Assembly (NCBI GenBank): GCA_963731515.1
Contig: CAVSVU010000018.1
Span: 114,424-178,423, forward strand
Direction: 5' to 3'
Source of the DNA: an uncultured Actinomycetes bacterium
GTDB lineage: Bacteria; Actinomycetota; Thermoleophilia; Gaiellales; JAICJC01
DNA: 64,000 nucleotides
The position numbers were made by a program, and so were the translations under genes. Of this stretch, positions 30,340 to 40,481 are shown one piece after another. Under the pieces are notes generated by a model. It saw only the letters and a list, made by a program, of their open reading frames with translations. It had not been told where the DNA came from and did no database searches. Numbering within the stretch: the stretch's first letter is position 1; every line of letters starts with the position of its first letter.

Positions 30340-30750
30340 GTGAGCGACGTCGTCGTGCGGGAGGGACGCGCCGACGACGGCCCGGCTCTGCGCCGGCTGC
30401 TCGCCGAGGCCATGGGCGAGCCCGACGCCGACCCGGCCGCGGTCGACCCGGACGATCCGGGCGACGTGGTCTTCGTGGCCGAGCTGGGCGGACATCCGGC
30501 CGGCTATGCCGCCGCCCGGGTGGACGGGACGGTGCTCGTCGTCGACCGGGTCATGGTCGCCCCGGCCGACCGCGGCCGCCACGTCGGCCACCGCCTGCTG
30601 GACTGGCTCGAGGGCTACGGCGTCAGCAGGGGGCTCGTGCAGGTGCGCATCGCCGTCGAGAACGAGAACCGGGCCGCGCGGGACTTCTACGCCCGGCGCG
30701 GGTATGCCGAGCGCGCCGACGGCGTCGAGCGCGACCTGCCGCACGTCTGA
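30340..30750 (+). CDS. GNAT-family acetyltransferase
   Basis: 'VAPADRGRHVGHRLL', 'NRAARDFYARRGY'. Confidence 0.85.
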   Translation: MSDVVVREGRADDGPALRRLLAEAMGEPDADPAAVDPDDPGDVVFVAELGGHPAGYAAARVDGTVLVVDRVMVAPADRGRHVGHRLLDWLEGYGVSRGLVQVRIAVENENRAARDFYARRGYAERADGVERDLPHV

Positions 30751-30773
30751 GCGGATCCTGTACCGTCCGCGCC

Positions 30774-31394
30774 ATGGCCAAGATCCGACTGATCCCGCAG
30801 ACGCGCGAGTTCTACACGCTCTTCGACCGCGCGGGGCAGAACCTCGTCGCGACCGCACAGCTCCTGCTCGACCTGATGGAGCACTACCCCGACCGGCGCG
30901 ACGTGGTCGACCAGATCAAGGACCGCGAGCACGAGGGGGACGCGGTCACGCACGAGATCGTCCAGCTCGTCAACAAGACGTTCGTCACGCCGATCGATGG
31001 CGAGGACATCTACGACCTGGCGACGGCGCTCGACGACGTGTGCGACTTCATGGATCAGGTGGCCGACGAGCTCAACCTGTACGGCGTCGACGAGATGCCG
31101 CCCGAGGCGATCGAGCAGGCCGGCGTGATCCTGAAGGCGGTCGGCAAGCTCGCCGACGCGATCAGCCGGCTGGACGGCCTGAAGGACGTGAGCGATCTGC
31201 TGGTCGAGATCCACACGCTCGAGGACGACGGCGACCGGATCGTCCGCGCCGCGATCGCCCGCCTCTTCCGCGACGGCCACGATCCGCTCGTGGTCATCCG
31301 CTGGAAGGACATCCACGAGCATCTGGAGCAGGCGGTCGACAGCTGTGAGCGGTCGGCCCACGTGCTCGAGAGCATCTACCTGAAGAACCGTTGA
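30774..31394 (+). CDS. DUF47 phosphate transport regulator
   Basis: 'EHEGDAVTHEI...FVTPIDGEDI...LDDVCD', adjacent to pit. Confidence 0.9.
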   Translation: MAKIRLIPQTREFYTLFDRAGQNLVATAQLLLDLMEHYPDRRDVVDQIKDREHEGDAVTHEIVQLVNKTFVTPIDGEDIYDLATALDDVCDFMDQVADELNLYGVDEMPPEAIEQAGVILKAVGKLADAISRLDGLKDVSDLLVEIHTLEDDGDRIVRAAIARLFRDGHDPLVVIRWKDIHEHLEQAVDSCERSAHVLESIYLKNR

Positions 31395-32392
31395 GCGACG
31401 CCGCCCTGGTCGTCATCGTCGCGATCGCGCTGGCGTTCGACTTCACGAACGGCTTCCACGACACCGCGAACGCCGTGGCGACCTCGGTGTCGACCAGGGC
31501 GCTCTCGCCGCGTGTGGCCGTGCTGATCGCCGCCGTGATGAACTTCCTCGGCGCGTTCAGCTCGACCAAGGTGGCAAAGACGGTCGGCGGCGGCCTGATC
31601 AACACGTCGCCGGGCTTCGTGACCGCCCACCTGCTGTTCGCCGCGCTGGCCGGGGCGATCGTCTGGAACCTCATCACCTGGCGGCTGGGCCTGCCGTCGT
31701 CCTCCACCCACGCCCTCGTCGGCGGCCTGCTCGGCGCCGCGCTGGCGCGGGGCGGATCGGACCCCGTCGACTGGTCGAACCTGTGGAACAAGACCATCTG
31801 GCCCGGCCTCGTCAGCCCGGTCATCGGGTTCCTGCTCGCCGGCTTCCTGATGGTGCTGATCCTGTGGACGTTCCGGCGCGTGCGGCCGGCGCCGCTCAAC
31901 CGTGGCTTCCGCGTCGTCCAGATCGCGTCGGGCAGCTTCCTGGCCTTCGCGCACGGGACGAACGACGCGCAGAAGACGATGGGCGTGATCGCCCTGGCGC
32001 TGTACGCGGCCGGCCATACCAACTCGCCGACGAACATCCCCGACTGGGTGATCGCGGCGGCGGCCGCCTCGATGGCGGCCGGCACCTACATCGGCGGCTG
32101 GCGCATCATGCGCACGATGGGAACGCGCATCTTCAAGCTGCGCCCGCCTCAGGGCTTCGCGTCCCAGGCGACGGCGAGCTCGGTGCTCTACACGGTCGCC
32201 ACGCGGTACGGGTTCCCCGTCTCGACGACGCACGTGATCTCCGGGTCGGTGATGGGCGCCGGCGCGACCACGAAGGTGTCGGCGGTGCGCTGGGGCGTGG
32301 CGGCGGACATGGTCGGCGCCTGGATGCTCACGATCCCGGCCGCGGCGCTCGTCTCGGCCTCGATCTACGGCCTGCTCAGCCTCGTCTTCTGA
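31391..32392 (+). CDS. pit: Inorganic phosphate transporter (PiT family)
   Basis: 'NGFHDTANAVAT', 'PSSSTHALVGG', 'HGTNDAQK', 'PVSTTH'. Confidence 0.93.
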   Translation: MSDAALVVIVAIALAFDFTNGFHDTANAVATSVSTRALSPRVAVLIAAVMNFLGAFSSTKVAKTVGGGLINTSPGFVTAHLLFAALAGAIVWNLITWRLGLPSSSTHALVGGLLGAALARGGSDPVDWSNLWNKTIWPGLVSPVIGFLLAGFLMVLILWTFRRVRPAPLNRGFRVVQIASGSFLAFAHGTNDAQKTMGVIALALYAAGHTNSPTNIPDWVIAAAAASMAAGTYIGGWRIMRTMGTRIFKLRPPQGFASQATASSVLYTVATRYGFPVSTTHVISGSVMGAGATTKVSAVRWGVAADMVGAWMLTIPAAALVSASIYGLLSLVF

Positions 32393-32480
32393 GCAGTCCG
32401 GATCTCCAGAAAGTGGGAGAACGGAATACCGCGTTGCGGGGATGGTGCCGGACCGCACACGCCGGTTAGGCTGTCGGCTC

Positions 32481-34526
32481 ATGGGCGATGTGGGCACCTC
32501 CTTGACCTTTGCGCTGGCCGCTGCGCGGCATGAGGCGATCGACGGGGAGGCGATCCAGGGTGACTCGACCGCGTGCCGCGTCCTCGGCGAGCTCCTCGGC
32601 CTCGACGCCGCGTGGATCCTGGCCGCCGGGGGGCCGCCCGCCATCGTCCTCGCCCGGTGGGAGCGCCGAGGCCTGCGGCCGCACCGGCTGGGCGCGGCCC
32701 GGATCGCGTCGATCCTGGCCGAGTGCCCCGAGGGTTGCACCGGCCGGCGCGACGGCCGCTACGCCGTCGTCGTCGCCCCGATCGAGGCGGGCGGCGAGCG
32801 GGTCGGGACGCTGGTCGGGTCCGTGCGTTCCGCCCACGAGTTCTCCGCCGAGGAGCTGGGCGCCGCAGAGCTGATCGCGGCGGGAGCCGCCGCCGGGTTC
32901 GCGGCGCCCGCGACCCGGCCCCCGTCGCGGCCGAACGGCGCGGCGATGCGCCCGCTCGAGCATCTCGAGATGCTGCACTCGCTGTCGGTGCGGCTGGCCC
33001 GGGCTCGCAGCGAGCGCGAGGTCGGCCAGGCGGTCGTGACCGAGCTGACGACGCTGATCGACCACCACGCCTGCCGCTTCTACCTCCTGGCCGCCTCCGG
33101 CGACGTCGTCGTCCCCATCGCCCACGAGGGCGTCATCGCCGAGTACGAGGACGACCGCACCGCCGACCTCGTCTGCCGGGTCGGCGAGGGTGTCGCCGGC
33201 CGCGCGGTGGTGGACGCCCGCGCCCGCCGGATCCCCGACGCGTCGATCGACGACTACGCCATCGACGTGCCGGGCAGCGACCCGATCGACGAGTCGATGA
33301 TCGTCGCGCCGATCCTCTCCGACGGCGAGCCGATCGGCGCGATCGTGCTCTCCAAGCTCGGCCTCGACCAGTTCGACGACACCGACCTGCACGTGCTCGA
33401 GGTCGTGGCCGGCAAGGCCGCCGCGGCCTGCGAGAACGTCCGTCTGTACGCGGGCATGCGCGAGGCCGCGGAGGTGTCCGAGGCGCTGCTCGACCTGGGC
33501 GCGGCCCTCGCGCTCCAGGGCAGCGTCGACGCCGTCGCCGAGATGCTCGCGCGGGCCGTCGACCGGCTGGTCGTGTCGGCCGCGATCTCGGTGTGGCTGC
33601 GGTCCGGCTCGGACATGAAGCTCGCCGCGCACGCCGGCTACACGCCGGCCGAGGTGCGGCGGCTGACCGAGGCCGGCCTCACCGCCGCGGACGACCTCTT
33701 CGCCGGGAACCTGGACTCCCGCGCGCTCACGGTGTGCCCGCCCGGGCGGGCCGGCGCGCTCGCGGCTCACCTGGACTGCGTCGCGCCGGGCACGACGTTC
33801 GCGGTCGTCCCGGTCGGCGAGCGGGCTGCGAACCGGGCCGCGATCGTCGTCCAGCGCGGGGTGCGGCGGGGCGCTCCCGACCGGCGCGACGAGACCATGC
33901 TGCTCGGGATCGCCGACCAGGCGCTGCTGGCGATGGTCAACCGCACCCTCTACGCCGAGCTCGAGGAGTCGTTCCTGGCGACCGTCGCGGCGCTCGGCAC
34001 GGCGCTCGGGACGAAGGACGAGTACACGAGCGACCACGCGCAGGCGCTCGTCGGCCTGGCGACCGGCGTCGCTCGGCGGCTGGCCGTGGCCGGCTCCGAG
34101 CTGCGCGACATCACGGTCGCCGCGGCGCTCCACGACGTCGGCAAGATCGGTATCCCGGCGGCGATCCTGACGAAGCCCGGGCCGCTCACCGTGGAGGAGT
34201 GGGCCGTGATGCGCCGCCACCCCGAGCTGGGCGGGAAGATCATGGAGCCGGTGCCTGCGCTCGACGGCGCCCGCAGGCTCGTCGTCGCCTGCCACGAGCA
34301 CTGGGACGGCAGCGGCTACCCGCTCGGCCTCGCGGGCGAGAGCATCCCGATCGGCGCCCGCATCATCCTCGCCTGCGACGCGTTCCACGCGATGACGTCC
34401 GACCGCGTCTACCGCGCGGCGATGCCCGTCGCCGACGCTCTCGCCGAGCTGCGCCGCTGCGCCGGCACGCACTTCGATCCCGAGGTCGCGGCCGCGCTCA
34501 TCGAGGTCGTCTCCGAGCCGGCCTGA
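32481..34526 (+). CDS. GAF-domain HD-GYP phosphodiesterase
   Basis: Tandem GAF-like regions, 'HDVGKIGIP', 'HEHWDGSGYP', 'DAFHAMTSDRVYR'. Confidence 0.88.
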   Translation: MGDVGTSLTFALAAARHEAIDGEAIQGDSTACRVLGELLGLDAAWILAAGGPPAIVLARWERRGLRPHRLGAARIASILAECPEGCTGRRDGRYAVVVAPIEAGGERVGTLVGSVRSAHEFSAEELGAAELIAAGAAAGFAAPATRPPSRPNGAAMRPLEHLEMLHSLSVRLARARSEREVGQAVVTELTTLIDHHACRFYLLAASGDVVVPIAHEGVIAEYEDDRTADLVCRVGEGVAGRAVVDARARRIPDASIDDYAIDVPGSDPIDESMIVAPILSDGEPIGAIVLSKLGLDQFDDTDLHVLEVVAGKAAAACENVRLYAGMREAAEVSEALLDLGAALALQGSVDAVAEMLARAVDRLVVSAAISVWLRSGSDMKLAAHAGYTPAEVRRLTEAGLTAADDLFAGNLDSRALTVCPPGRAGALAAHLDCVAPGTTFAVVPVGERAANRAAIVVQRGVRRGAPDRRDETMLLGIADQALLAMVNRTLYAELEESFLATVAALGTALGTKDEYTSDHAQALVGLATGVARRLAVAGSELRDITVAAALHDVGKIGIPAAILTKPGPLTVEEWAVMRRHPELGGKIMEPVPALDGARRLVVACHEHWDGSGYPLGLAGESIPIGARIILACDAFHAMTSDRVYRAAMPVADALAELRRCAGTHFDPEVAAALIEVVSEPA

Positions 34527-34550
34527 GCCATCACCCACGAGCCTTTCCGG

Positions 34551-35015
34551 ATGGATGTGCGGCGGGTGCCGGCCGACGCCGCGGCCGCGCGGCTGCTGAT
34601 GGCCGAGTACATGGACGAGATCGAACGGCGCCTGGGCGCCCCGTTCGACCGTGCCCGGTATCCCGATCCGGCGCCGGCCGAGCTCGAGCCGCCGCGGGGC
34701 CTCCTGCTGGTCGTCTTCGACGGCGACGATCCGGTGGCGTGCGGGGCGGTGCGCGTCATCGGCCCGGGCGTCGCCGAGATCAAGCGCATGTACGTGGCTC
34801 CGCGGGCGCGTGGGCGGGGCCTGGGGCGGACGCTGCTCGCCGCGCTCGAGGACGGCGCCGTCGAGCTCGGCTGCCGCACCGCCAGGCTCGACACCATGGC
34901 GGCGATGGCCGAGGCGGGCGCGCTCTATCGCAGTGCCGGCTACGAGCCGATCGCCGACTACAACGGCAATCCGCTCGCGACGGTCTGGATGGAGCGCGCC
35001 CTGCCCGGCGTCTAG
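34551..35015 (+). CDS. GNAT-family acetyltransferase
   Basis: 'AEIKRMYVAPRARGRGLG', 'LYRSAGY'. Confidence 0.88.
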   Translation: MDVRRVPADAAAARLLMAEYMDEIERRLGAPFDRARYPDPAPAELEPPRGLLLVVFDGDDPVACGAVRVIGPGVAEIKRMYVAPRARGRGLGRTLLAALEDGAVELGCRTARLDTMAAMAEAGALYRSAGYEPIADYNGNPLATVWMERALPGV

Positions 35016-35447
35016 GCGGGCGTCCGCGTCTCGAGCCGCCCCTGGCGATGGGCCTCGCGCACGTGCTTGCGGCCCTCCCGCGAGAGCATCGTCTGCACGA
35101 TCGCGACGCCGCCGCGGTTCACCCGCACCTCGGAGTCGCGCATCTCGCCGACGAGCCGGATCCTGCGGCCGTCCGGAGCGGCGGTGCCGGTCCAGTCCTT
35201 CACCCGGCCGCGGCCGACCCGGCGCAGGTCGTCCGTGTCGACGATCACGCCGTCGGGGACGAGCAGCTTGAGGGCCGAGCGGTTGAGGTCGAGCGCGATC
35301 TCGATCTCGCCGCTCGGGGATCTCGGGCAGCAGGAGGTCGAGGACGACGCTCGAGCTCGATGCCCGGACGTCGAACCGGCGGGCGGTCGTCCACGGCCCG
35401 GTGCGGCGGATCGAGTCGTTGTGCGCGCGGATGTTCTCGGTGGTCAT
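35012..35447 (-). CDS. Hypothetical protein (apparent +1 frameshift near 35317)
   Basis: MTTENIRAHNDSIRRTGPWT... joins ORF 35012..35248 if one C is removed from a C run. Divergent from the PadR gene. Confidence 0.6.
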
Positions 35448-35486
35448 GGGGTCTCCCTTCGTGAGATCCGTATAGTATCTAGATAA

Positions 35487-35505
35487 CTAGTTGGTGTCAA
35501 ACTAG
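35487..35505. promoter_or_regulatory. Candidate PadR operator CTAGTT-N7-AACTAG in an AT-rich divergent intergenic region
   Basis: Perfect inverted repeat between the PadR gene and its divergent neighbour. Confidence 0.5.
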
Positions 35506-35536
35506 ATCCGATCGAACTACTATGATCCGGGTGTCC

Positions 35537-36139
35537 ATGCCCGCTCGCACGCCCGCCTCCCCGCTTGCCCTGGCCGTGCTCAGCCTGCTCGAGGTCGGCC
35601 CCCTCCACCCCTACGGGCTCCAGCGCCTGATCCGGCTGTGGGGCAAGGACGCCGTCGTGAACGTGGGCCAGCGTGCCAGCCTCTACAAGACCATCCAGCG
35701 GCTCGAGCGGGCCGGCCTGATCGCGGTGCGGCGCACCGAGCGCGACCAGAGCTTCCCGGAGCGGACCGTCTACGAGCTCACCGCCGAGGGCCGCCGTCAG
35801 GGCCGCGAGTGGCTGGAGGACATGCTGGCGACCCCCCGCAACGAGTTCCCCCGCTTCCCGGCCGCGCTCTCGTTCGCGATGCTGCTCGGGCCGCGCGACC
35901 TGCTCCCGCTGCTCGAGCGCCGCTCGGAGGCGCTCCGCGCGCGGCTGGGCGAGCTCGAACGCGAGCTCGGCGAGTACGCCCACCTGCCGCGCGTGACGCT
36001 GATCGAGTCCGAGTACCAGCGCGCCGTGGTCGCCGCCGAGCTCGCCTGGGTGGACGCGGTCGCCGCCGACCTGCGCTCCGGCGAGCTGACCTGGAGCCAC
36101 GAGGAGCTCGCGACCCTTGCCGCTGCCAGTGTCAGCTAG
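35537..36139 (+). CDS. PadR-family transcriptional regulator
   Basis: 'LAVLSLL...PLHPYGL', 'SLYKTIQRLERAGLI', 'ERTVYELTAEGR'. Confidence 0.9.
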   Translation: MPARTPASPLALAVLSLLEVGPLHPYGLQRLIRLWGKDAVVNVGQRASLYKTIQRLERAGLIAVRRTERDQSFPERTVYELTAEGRRQGREWLEDMLATPRNEFPRFPAALSFAMLLGPRDLLPLLERRSEALRARLGELERELGEYAHLPRVTLIESEYQRAVVAAELAWVDAVAADLRSGELTWSHEELATLAAASVS

Positions 36140-38040
36140 CTGGCTTCCGCGGCGTGGCGCTCCCACTCGCGGTAGAGGTAGGCGATCTCCTCCTGCAGCC
36201 GCTGGTGCTCGCGGCCGTCGTCGACGAGCGCCGCGTCGTCGGCGTACCCGTCCGGCTGGGAGAGGCGGGCCTCGATCGCGCCCAGGCGCTCCTCGGCCGC
36301 CGCGATCTCGCCCTCCAGCCTGCGCGCCTCCCGCGCCGCGCGCTGCGACGTGCGCCGCGGCGACCGGTTCGCCGGCTCGGGCTTGCGCGCCCTCGCGGGC
36401 GCGGCCGGCTTCGGCCTCGCCGGCTTCGGAGCGGCGGCGACCTCGCGCGGGCGGGCCGCCTCGGTGGCGCGGGCGTAGTCGCCGAACGCGCCCTCTCGGG
36501 CGATGAGGCGGCCGTCGGCGATGGCGAGCGTCCGCGTGGCGAGGGCCTCGATCAGGGCGCGGTCGTGCGAGACCAGGAGCAGCGTCCCCGGAAAGCCCAG
36601 GAGCGCGTCCTCGAGCGCCTCGCGGCTCTCGATGTCCAGGTGGTTCGTCGGCTCGTCGAGCAGGAGGAAGTTCGCGCCCGAGACGACCGTGCGCGCGAGG
36701 GCCAGCCGGCGGCGCTCGCCGCCGGAGAGCGCAGAGACGGGCTTCTCGACGTCCTCGCCGGAGAACAGGAACAGCCCGAGCAGGTCGCGCGCGGCCGGCC
36801 CGGTCAGCCCCGTCCCCGACGTGATCGCGTCGACGGCGCGGTAGGCGTCGGGCAGCTCGAGCGACTGCTGGGAGTAGTACCCCGGCTCCGTGCCGTGGCC
36901 GAGCCTGATCTTGCCGGCGGCCGCCTCCCGGCGGCCGAGGAGCGTCTCGATGAGCGTCGTCTTGCCCGAGCCGTTGGGGCCGATCAGGGCCACCCGCTGG
37001 CCGCGCTCGATCGCGAAGTCCGCGCCCGCGATGAGCGTGCGGCCGGCCACCGCGACGTCGAGCCCCTCCGCCTCCACGACGATCCGGCCGCTGCGCTTGG
37101 GCGCCGGAAAGCGGAAGCCGAGCGTTCGCTGCGTCGTCGGCCGGTCGACGCGCTCGATCCGGGCCATCGCCTTCAGCTTGCTCTGCGCCTGGCGTGACTT
37201 CGTCCCGTACCGGAAGCGGTCCACGAACCGCTGCAGGTGGGCCAGCTCCTCCTGCTGGCGCTCGAACGCGTCGGCCTGGGCGGACAGCCGCTCGGCCTTG
37301 AGCCGGCGCCAGTGCGAGTAGCCGCCCTTGTCGAAGCGGCCCTTGCCGCGGTCGATCTCGAGCACGCCGTTCGCGACCGCCTCCAGGAACCAGCGGTCGT
37401 GCGAGACGAAGACGACGCCCGCATCCAGCCCGTCCAGGTGCTCCTCGAGCCACTCGATCGCGTCGGTGTCCAGGTGGTTCGTGGGCTCGTCCAGGAGGAG
37501 CAGCTGCGGCTCCGCGGCCAGGGCGCGCGTGAGCGACGCCCGGGTGAGCTCCCCGCCCGAGAACGTGCGCAGCTGACGGTCGAGGTCGGCGGGCGTGAAG
37601 CCGAGCCCGCGCGACACCGCCTCGAGCCGGGCCCGCCACGCGTAGCCGCCGGCGCGCTCGAAGGCGCGCTGGGCCGAGTCGTAGCGGCCCATCACGGCGG
37701 CGCCGGTCTCGCCCGCGGCCATCCGCCGCTCGAGCTCGGCGAGCTCCGCCTCGAGCCGGCGGGCGTCGGCGGCGCCGGCGCCCACGTACTCGCCCAGCGT
37801 CACGTCGCCCGCGAGCGGCGGGCGCTGGTCGTGCAGGGCCACCCGCGTGCCGGCGGGGAGCGAGATCTCGCCCCGGTCGGGCTCGAGCTCGCCGGCCAGG
37901 ATGCGCAGGAGCGTGGTCTTGCCGGCGCCGTTTCGCCCCACCAGCGCGACCCGGTCGCGGGGGCGGACGATGGCGGAGACGTCGGAGAGGATCTCGTCCG
38001 CTCCGAAGGACAGCGCGACGCTCGAGAGGTGCAGGGTCAC
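36136..38040 (-). CDS. ABC-F family ATP-binding protein
   Basis: Two ABC domains (GRNGAGKTT, GPNGSGKTT), two 'LLDEPTNHLD', no TM helices, C-terminal coiled coil. Confidence 0.92.
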   Translation of the reverse strand: MTLHLSSVALSFGADEILSDVSAIVRPRDRVALVGRNGAGKTTLLRILAGELEPDRGEISLPAGTRVALHDQRPPLAGDVTLGEYVGAGAADARRLEAELAELERRMAAGETGAAVMGRYDSAQRAFERAGGYAWRARLEAVSRGLGFTPADLDRQLRTFSGGELTRASLTRALAAEPQLLLLDEPTNHLDTDAIEWLEEHLDGLDAGVVFVSHDRWFLEAVANGVLEIDRGKGRFDKGGYSHWRRLKAERLSAQADAFERQQEELAHLQRFVDRFRYGTKSRQAQSKLKAMARIERVDRPTTQRTLGFRFPAPKRSGRIVVEAEGLDVAVAGRTLIAGADFAIERGQRVALIGPNGSGKTTLIETLLGRREAAAGKIRLGHGTEPGYYSQQSLELPDAYRAVDAITSGTGLTGPAARDLLGLFLFSGEDVEKPVSALSGGERRRLALARTVVSGANFLLLDEPTNHLDIESREALEDALLGFPGTLLLVSHDRALIEALATRTLAIADGRLIAREGAFGDYARATEAARPREVAAAPKPARPKPAAPARARKPEPANRSPRRTSQRAAREARRLEGEIAAAEERLGAIEARLSQPDGYADDAALVDDGREHQRLQEEIAYLYREWERHAAEAS

Positions 38041-38058
38041 TCCCGTATCATGACCGCG

Positions 38059-38769
38059 ATGATCGGGCTCTTCCCCACCTGCCTGGGCGATGCCGTGCAT
38101 CCCCGGGCGGTGCGGGACGCGGCCCGGGTGCTGCGCGCGGCGGGGGTCGAGCCGGCGTCGATCCCGGGGGCGACGTGCTGCGGGCAGCCCGCCTGGAACG
38201 GCGGGTTCGTCGCCGACGCGCGCCGGGTCGCCCGGCGCACGCTGCGTGCCCTCGCCGACCTCGACGCCGTCGTCGTCCCATCCGGCTCGTGCGCGGCGAT
38301 GATGCGCCTGCACTGGCGCGAGCTCTTCGCCGACGACCGCGACGCGGCCCTGGCCGCGCGCGTCGCACCGCGCGTGTTCGAGCTCTCGCAGTACCTGGTG
38401 GAGGAGCTGCGCGCGGCGCCGATCGGATCGCCCACCGGCCGGGCGGTCGCCTACCACGACTCCTGCCACATGCTCCGCGAGCTGCGCCTGCACGATCCGC
38501 CCCGGCAGCTGCTGCGGGCCGTCGCAGACCTGCACGAGCTGCCGCGCAGCGACCGCTGCTGCGGCTTCGGCGGCGCCTTCTCGGTCCGGTACCCGGACGT
38601 ATCGACGGCGATGGCCGACGACAAGCTGGCGACGGCGCGGGCCGCCGGCGCCGAGACCGTCGTCAGCGCCGACCCCGGCTGCATCATGCACATCGAGGGC
38701 CGGGCCGCCCGCACCGGCGCCCCCGTCAGGGTCGTCCACCTGGCGAGCGTGCTGGCGGACGCCCTGTGA
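38059..38769 (+). CDS. lutA: LutA/LldE-family Fe-S oxidoreductase (CCG domains)
   Basis: 'FPTCL', 'TCCGQP', 'PSGSC', 'YHDSCH', 'CCGFGGAFSV'. Confidence 0.9.
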   Translation: MIGLFPTCLGDAVHPRAVRDAARVLRAAGVEPASIPGATCCGQPAWNGGFVADARRVARRTLRALADLDAVVVPSGSCAAMMRLHWRELFADDRDAALAARVAPRVFELSQYLVEELRAAPIGSPTGRAVAYHDSCHMLRELRLHDPPRQLLRAVADLHELPRSDRCCGFGGAFSVRYPDVSTAMADDKLATARAAGAETVVSADPGCIMHIEGRAARTGAPVRVVHLASVLADAL

Positions 38770-40101
38770 GCGGATTCGCGCGGCGGTCCGCGGCGGCGCT
38801 GGCCGACCCGGTGCGGCACGAGAACGTGCGCCGCTTCTCCGAGCGGGCGCACGACAACCGCACCGCGTCGGTCGAGCGGGTCGACTTCGAGGCGCTGCGG
38901 GACGCGGGCGAGCGGATCCGGTCCGAGTCGGTCGCCGACATGCCGGCCCTGATCGACGCGTTCCAGGCCAACCTGGAGCGGGCCGGGGCCATCGTCCACC
39001 GCTCGCCGACGGGCGCCGACGCGGCCGCCTACGTGACGGAGGTGGTGCTCCGCCACGGGCGCGAGGTCGTGAAGGGCAAGTCGATGGCCTCCGAGGAGAT
39101 CGGCCTCAACGAGCGGCTGGCCGCGGCCGGGGTGGACGTCGTCGAGACCGACCTCGGCGAGTTCATCGTGCAGACGGCGGGCGAGCCGCCCGAGCACATC
39201 ATCATCCCGGCGATCCACAAGAGCCGCGACGACGTCCGCCGCCTGTTCGAGCCGCTGGCCGGCCATCCGATCGGCGACGAGCCGGCCGACCTGACCGACT
39301 TCGCCCGCGCCCACCTGCGCGAGCGGTTCCTGCGCGCGCCCGTGGGGATCACCGGCGTCAACTTCGGCGTCGCCGAGACCGGGACGATCGTGCTGGTCGA
39401 GAACGAGGGCAACGGGCGCATGTGCTCGGGCGTGCCGCGGGTGCACATCGCGGTGATGGGGATGGAGCGGGTCGTGCCCCGCCTGGCCGACCTGGCGACG
39501 CTCCTGCCGCTCCTGATCCGGTCGGGCACCGGCCAGAAGATCACCTCGTACGTGTCGATGATCGGCGGCCCGCGCCGCGCCGGCGAGGCCGACGGGCCGG
39601 ACGAGCTGCACGTCGTGATCCTCGACAACGGCCGCTCGCGCGTGCGCGAGACACCGTACGCGAGCGTCCTGCGCTGCATCCGCTGCGGGGCCTGCCAGAA
39701 CGTGTGCCCGGTCTACCGCCACGTCGGCGGCACCGCGTACGGGTGGGTGTACGGCGGGCCGATCGGCGCCGTGCTCTCGCCGCTCCTGCACCCGCAGGGC
39801 GGCCTCGACGAGCTGTCCCAGGCATCGTCGCTGTGCGCCGCCTGCGACGACGTCTGCCCCGTGCGGATCCCGCTCCACGAGCTGCTCCTGGGCCTGCGCC
39901 GCGACCGTGCGCAGACGTCGGCGGGCGGGATGGAGAGGCTCGCATTCCGGCTCTGGAGCCTGGCCTGGAGCCGGCCCTGGCTCTACCGCCTCTCGACCCG
40001 GGCGGCCCGCCGCCTGAATATCCGGTGCCAGGCACCGGTTCGTGCATCTCCCGGTCGTCGGGCGATGGGCACGGACACGCGACGTCGTGGTGAAGCGGTG
40101 A
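38766..40101 (+). CDS. lutB: LutB/LldF-family 4Fe-4S protein (apparent +1 frameshift near 40040)
   Basis: 'KGKSMASEEI', 'ETDLGE', 'NEGNGR', 'CIRCGACQNVCP', 'CAACDDVCP'. The likely true C-terminus 'HLPVVGRWARTRDVVVKR*' is in the +1 frame. Confidence 0.9.
40015..40038. repeat. REP-like palindrome copy 2, inside the lutB 3' coding region
   Basis: TGAATATCCGGTGCCAGGCACCGG, 23/24 identical to 18635-18658. Confidence 0.7.
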
Positions 40102-40481
40102 TCGAGCAGTTCAGCGCAGAGCTCGAGGCGCTGGGCGGGCACGTCCACCACGGCCGGGACGCCCTCGAGGGACTGCGCGGCGACGGCGTCTCGGTGACGC
40201 CGTGCCTGGCCCTGATCGCCGACACCGGGACGGCTGTCGTCTCGGCCCGGCTGTCGGGCGGGCGCCGGGCCGGCCTGGTCGACCCGGTGCACGTGATCGA
40301 GGCCCGGGCCGACCAGCTCGTTCCCGACCTCGCGGCCGCCCTCGAGCGGATCGGGCCCGAGCTGACCCGGGCCTCGGCCGTGACCCTCGTCACCGGCCCC
40401 AGCCGCACCGCCGACATCGAGCAGACGCTGATCCGCGGCGTGCACGGCCCGAAGGACGTCCACGTGGTGTTCGTCGATTGA
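40098..40481 (+). CDS. lutC: LutC/LUD-domain protein (short)
   Basis: 'IADTGT', 'TGPSRTADIEQTLIRGVHGP'. Confidence 0.88.
   Translation: MIEQFSAELEALGGHVHHGRDALEGLRGDGVSVTPCLALIADTGTAVVSARLSGGRRAGLVDPVHVIEARADQLVPDLAAALERIGPELTRASAVTLVTGPSRTADIEQTLIRGVHGPKDVHVVFVD

Noticed and set aside
38766..40481. Apparent LutB-LutC fusion
   Set aside because: A typical LutB C-terminus and a stop overlapping the lutC GTG exist in the +1 frame, so it is better explained by a frameshift.
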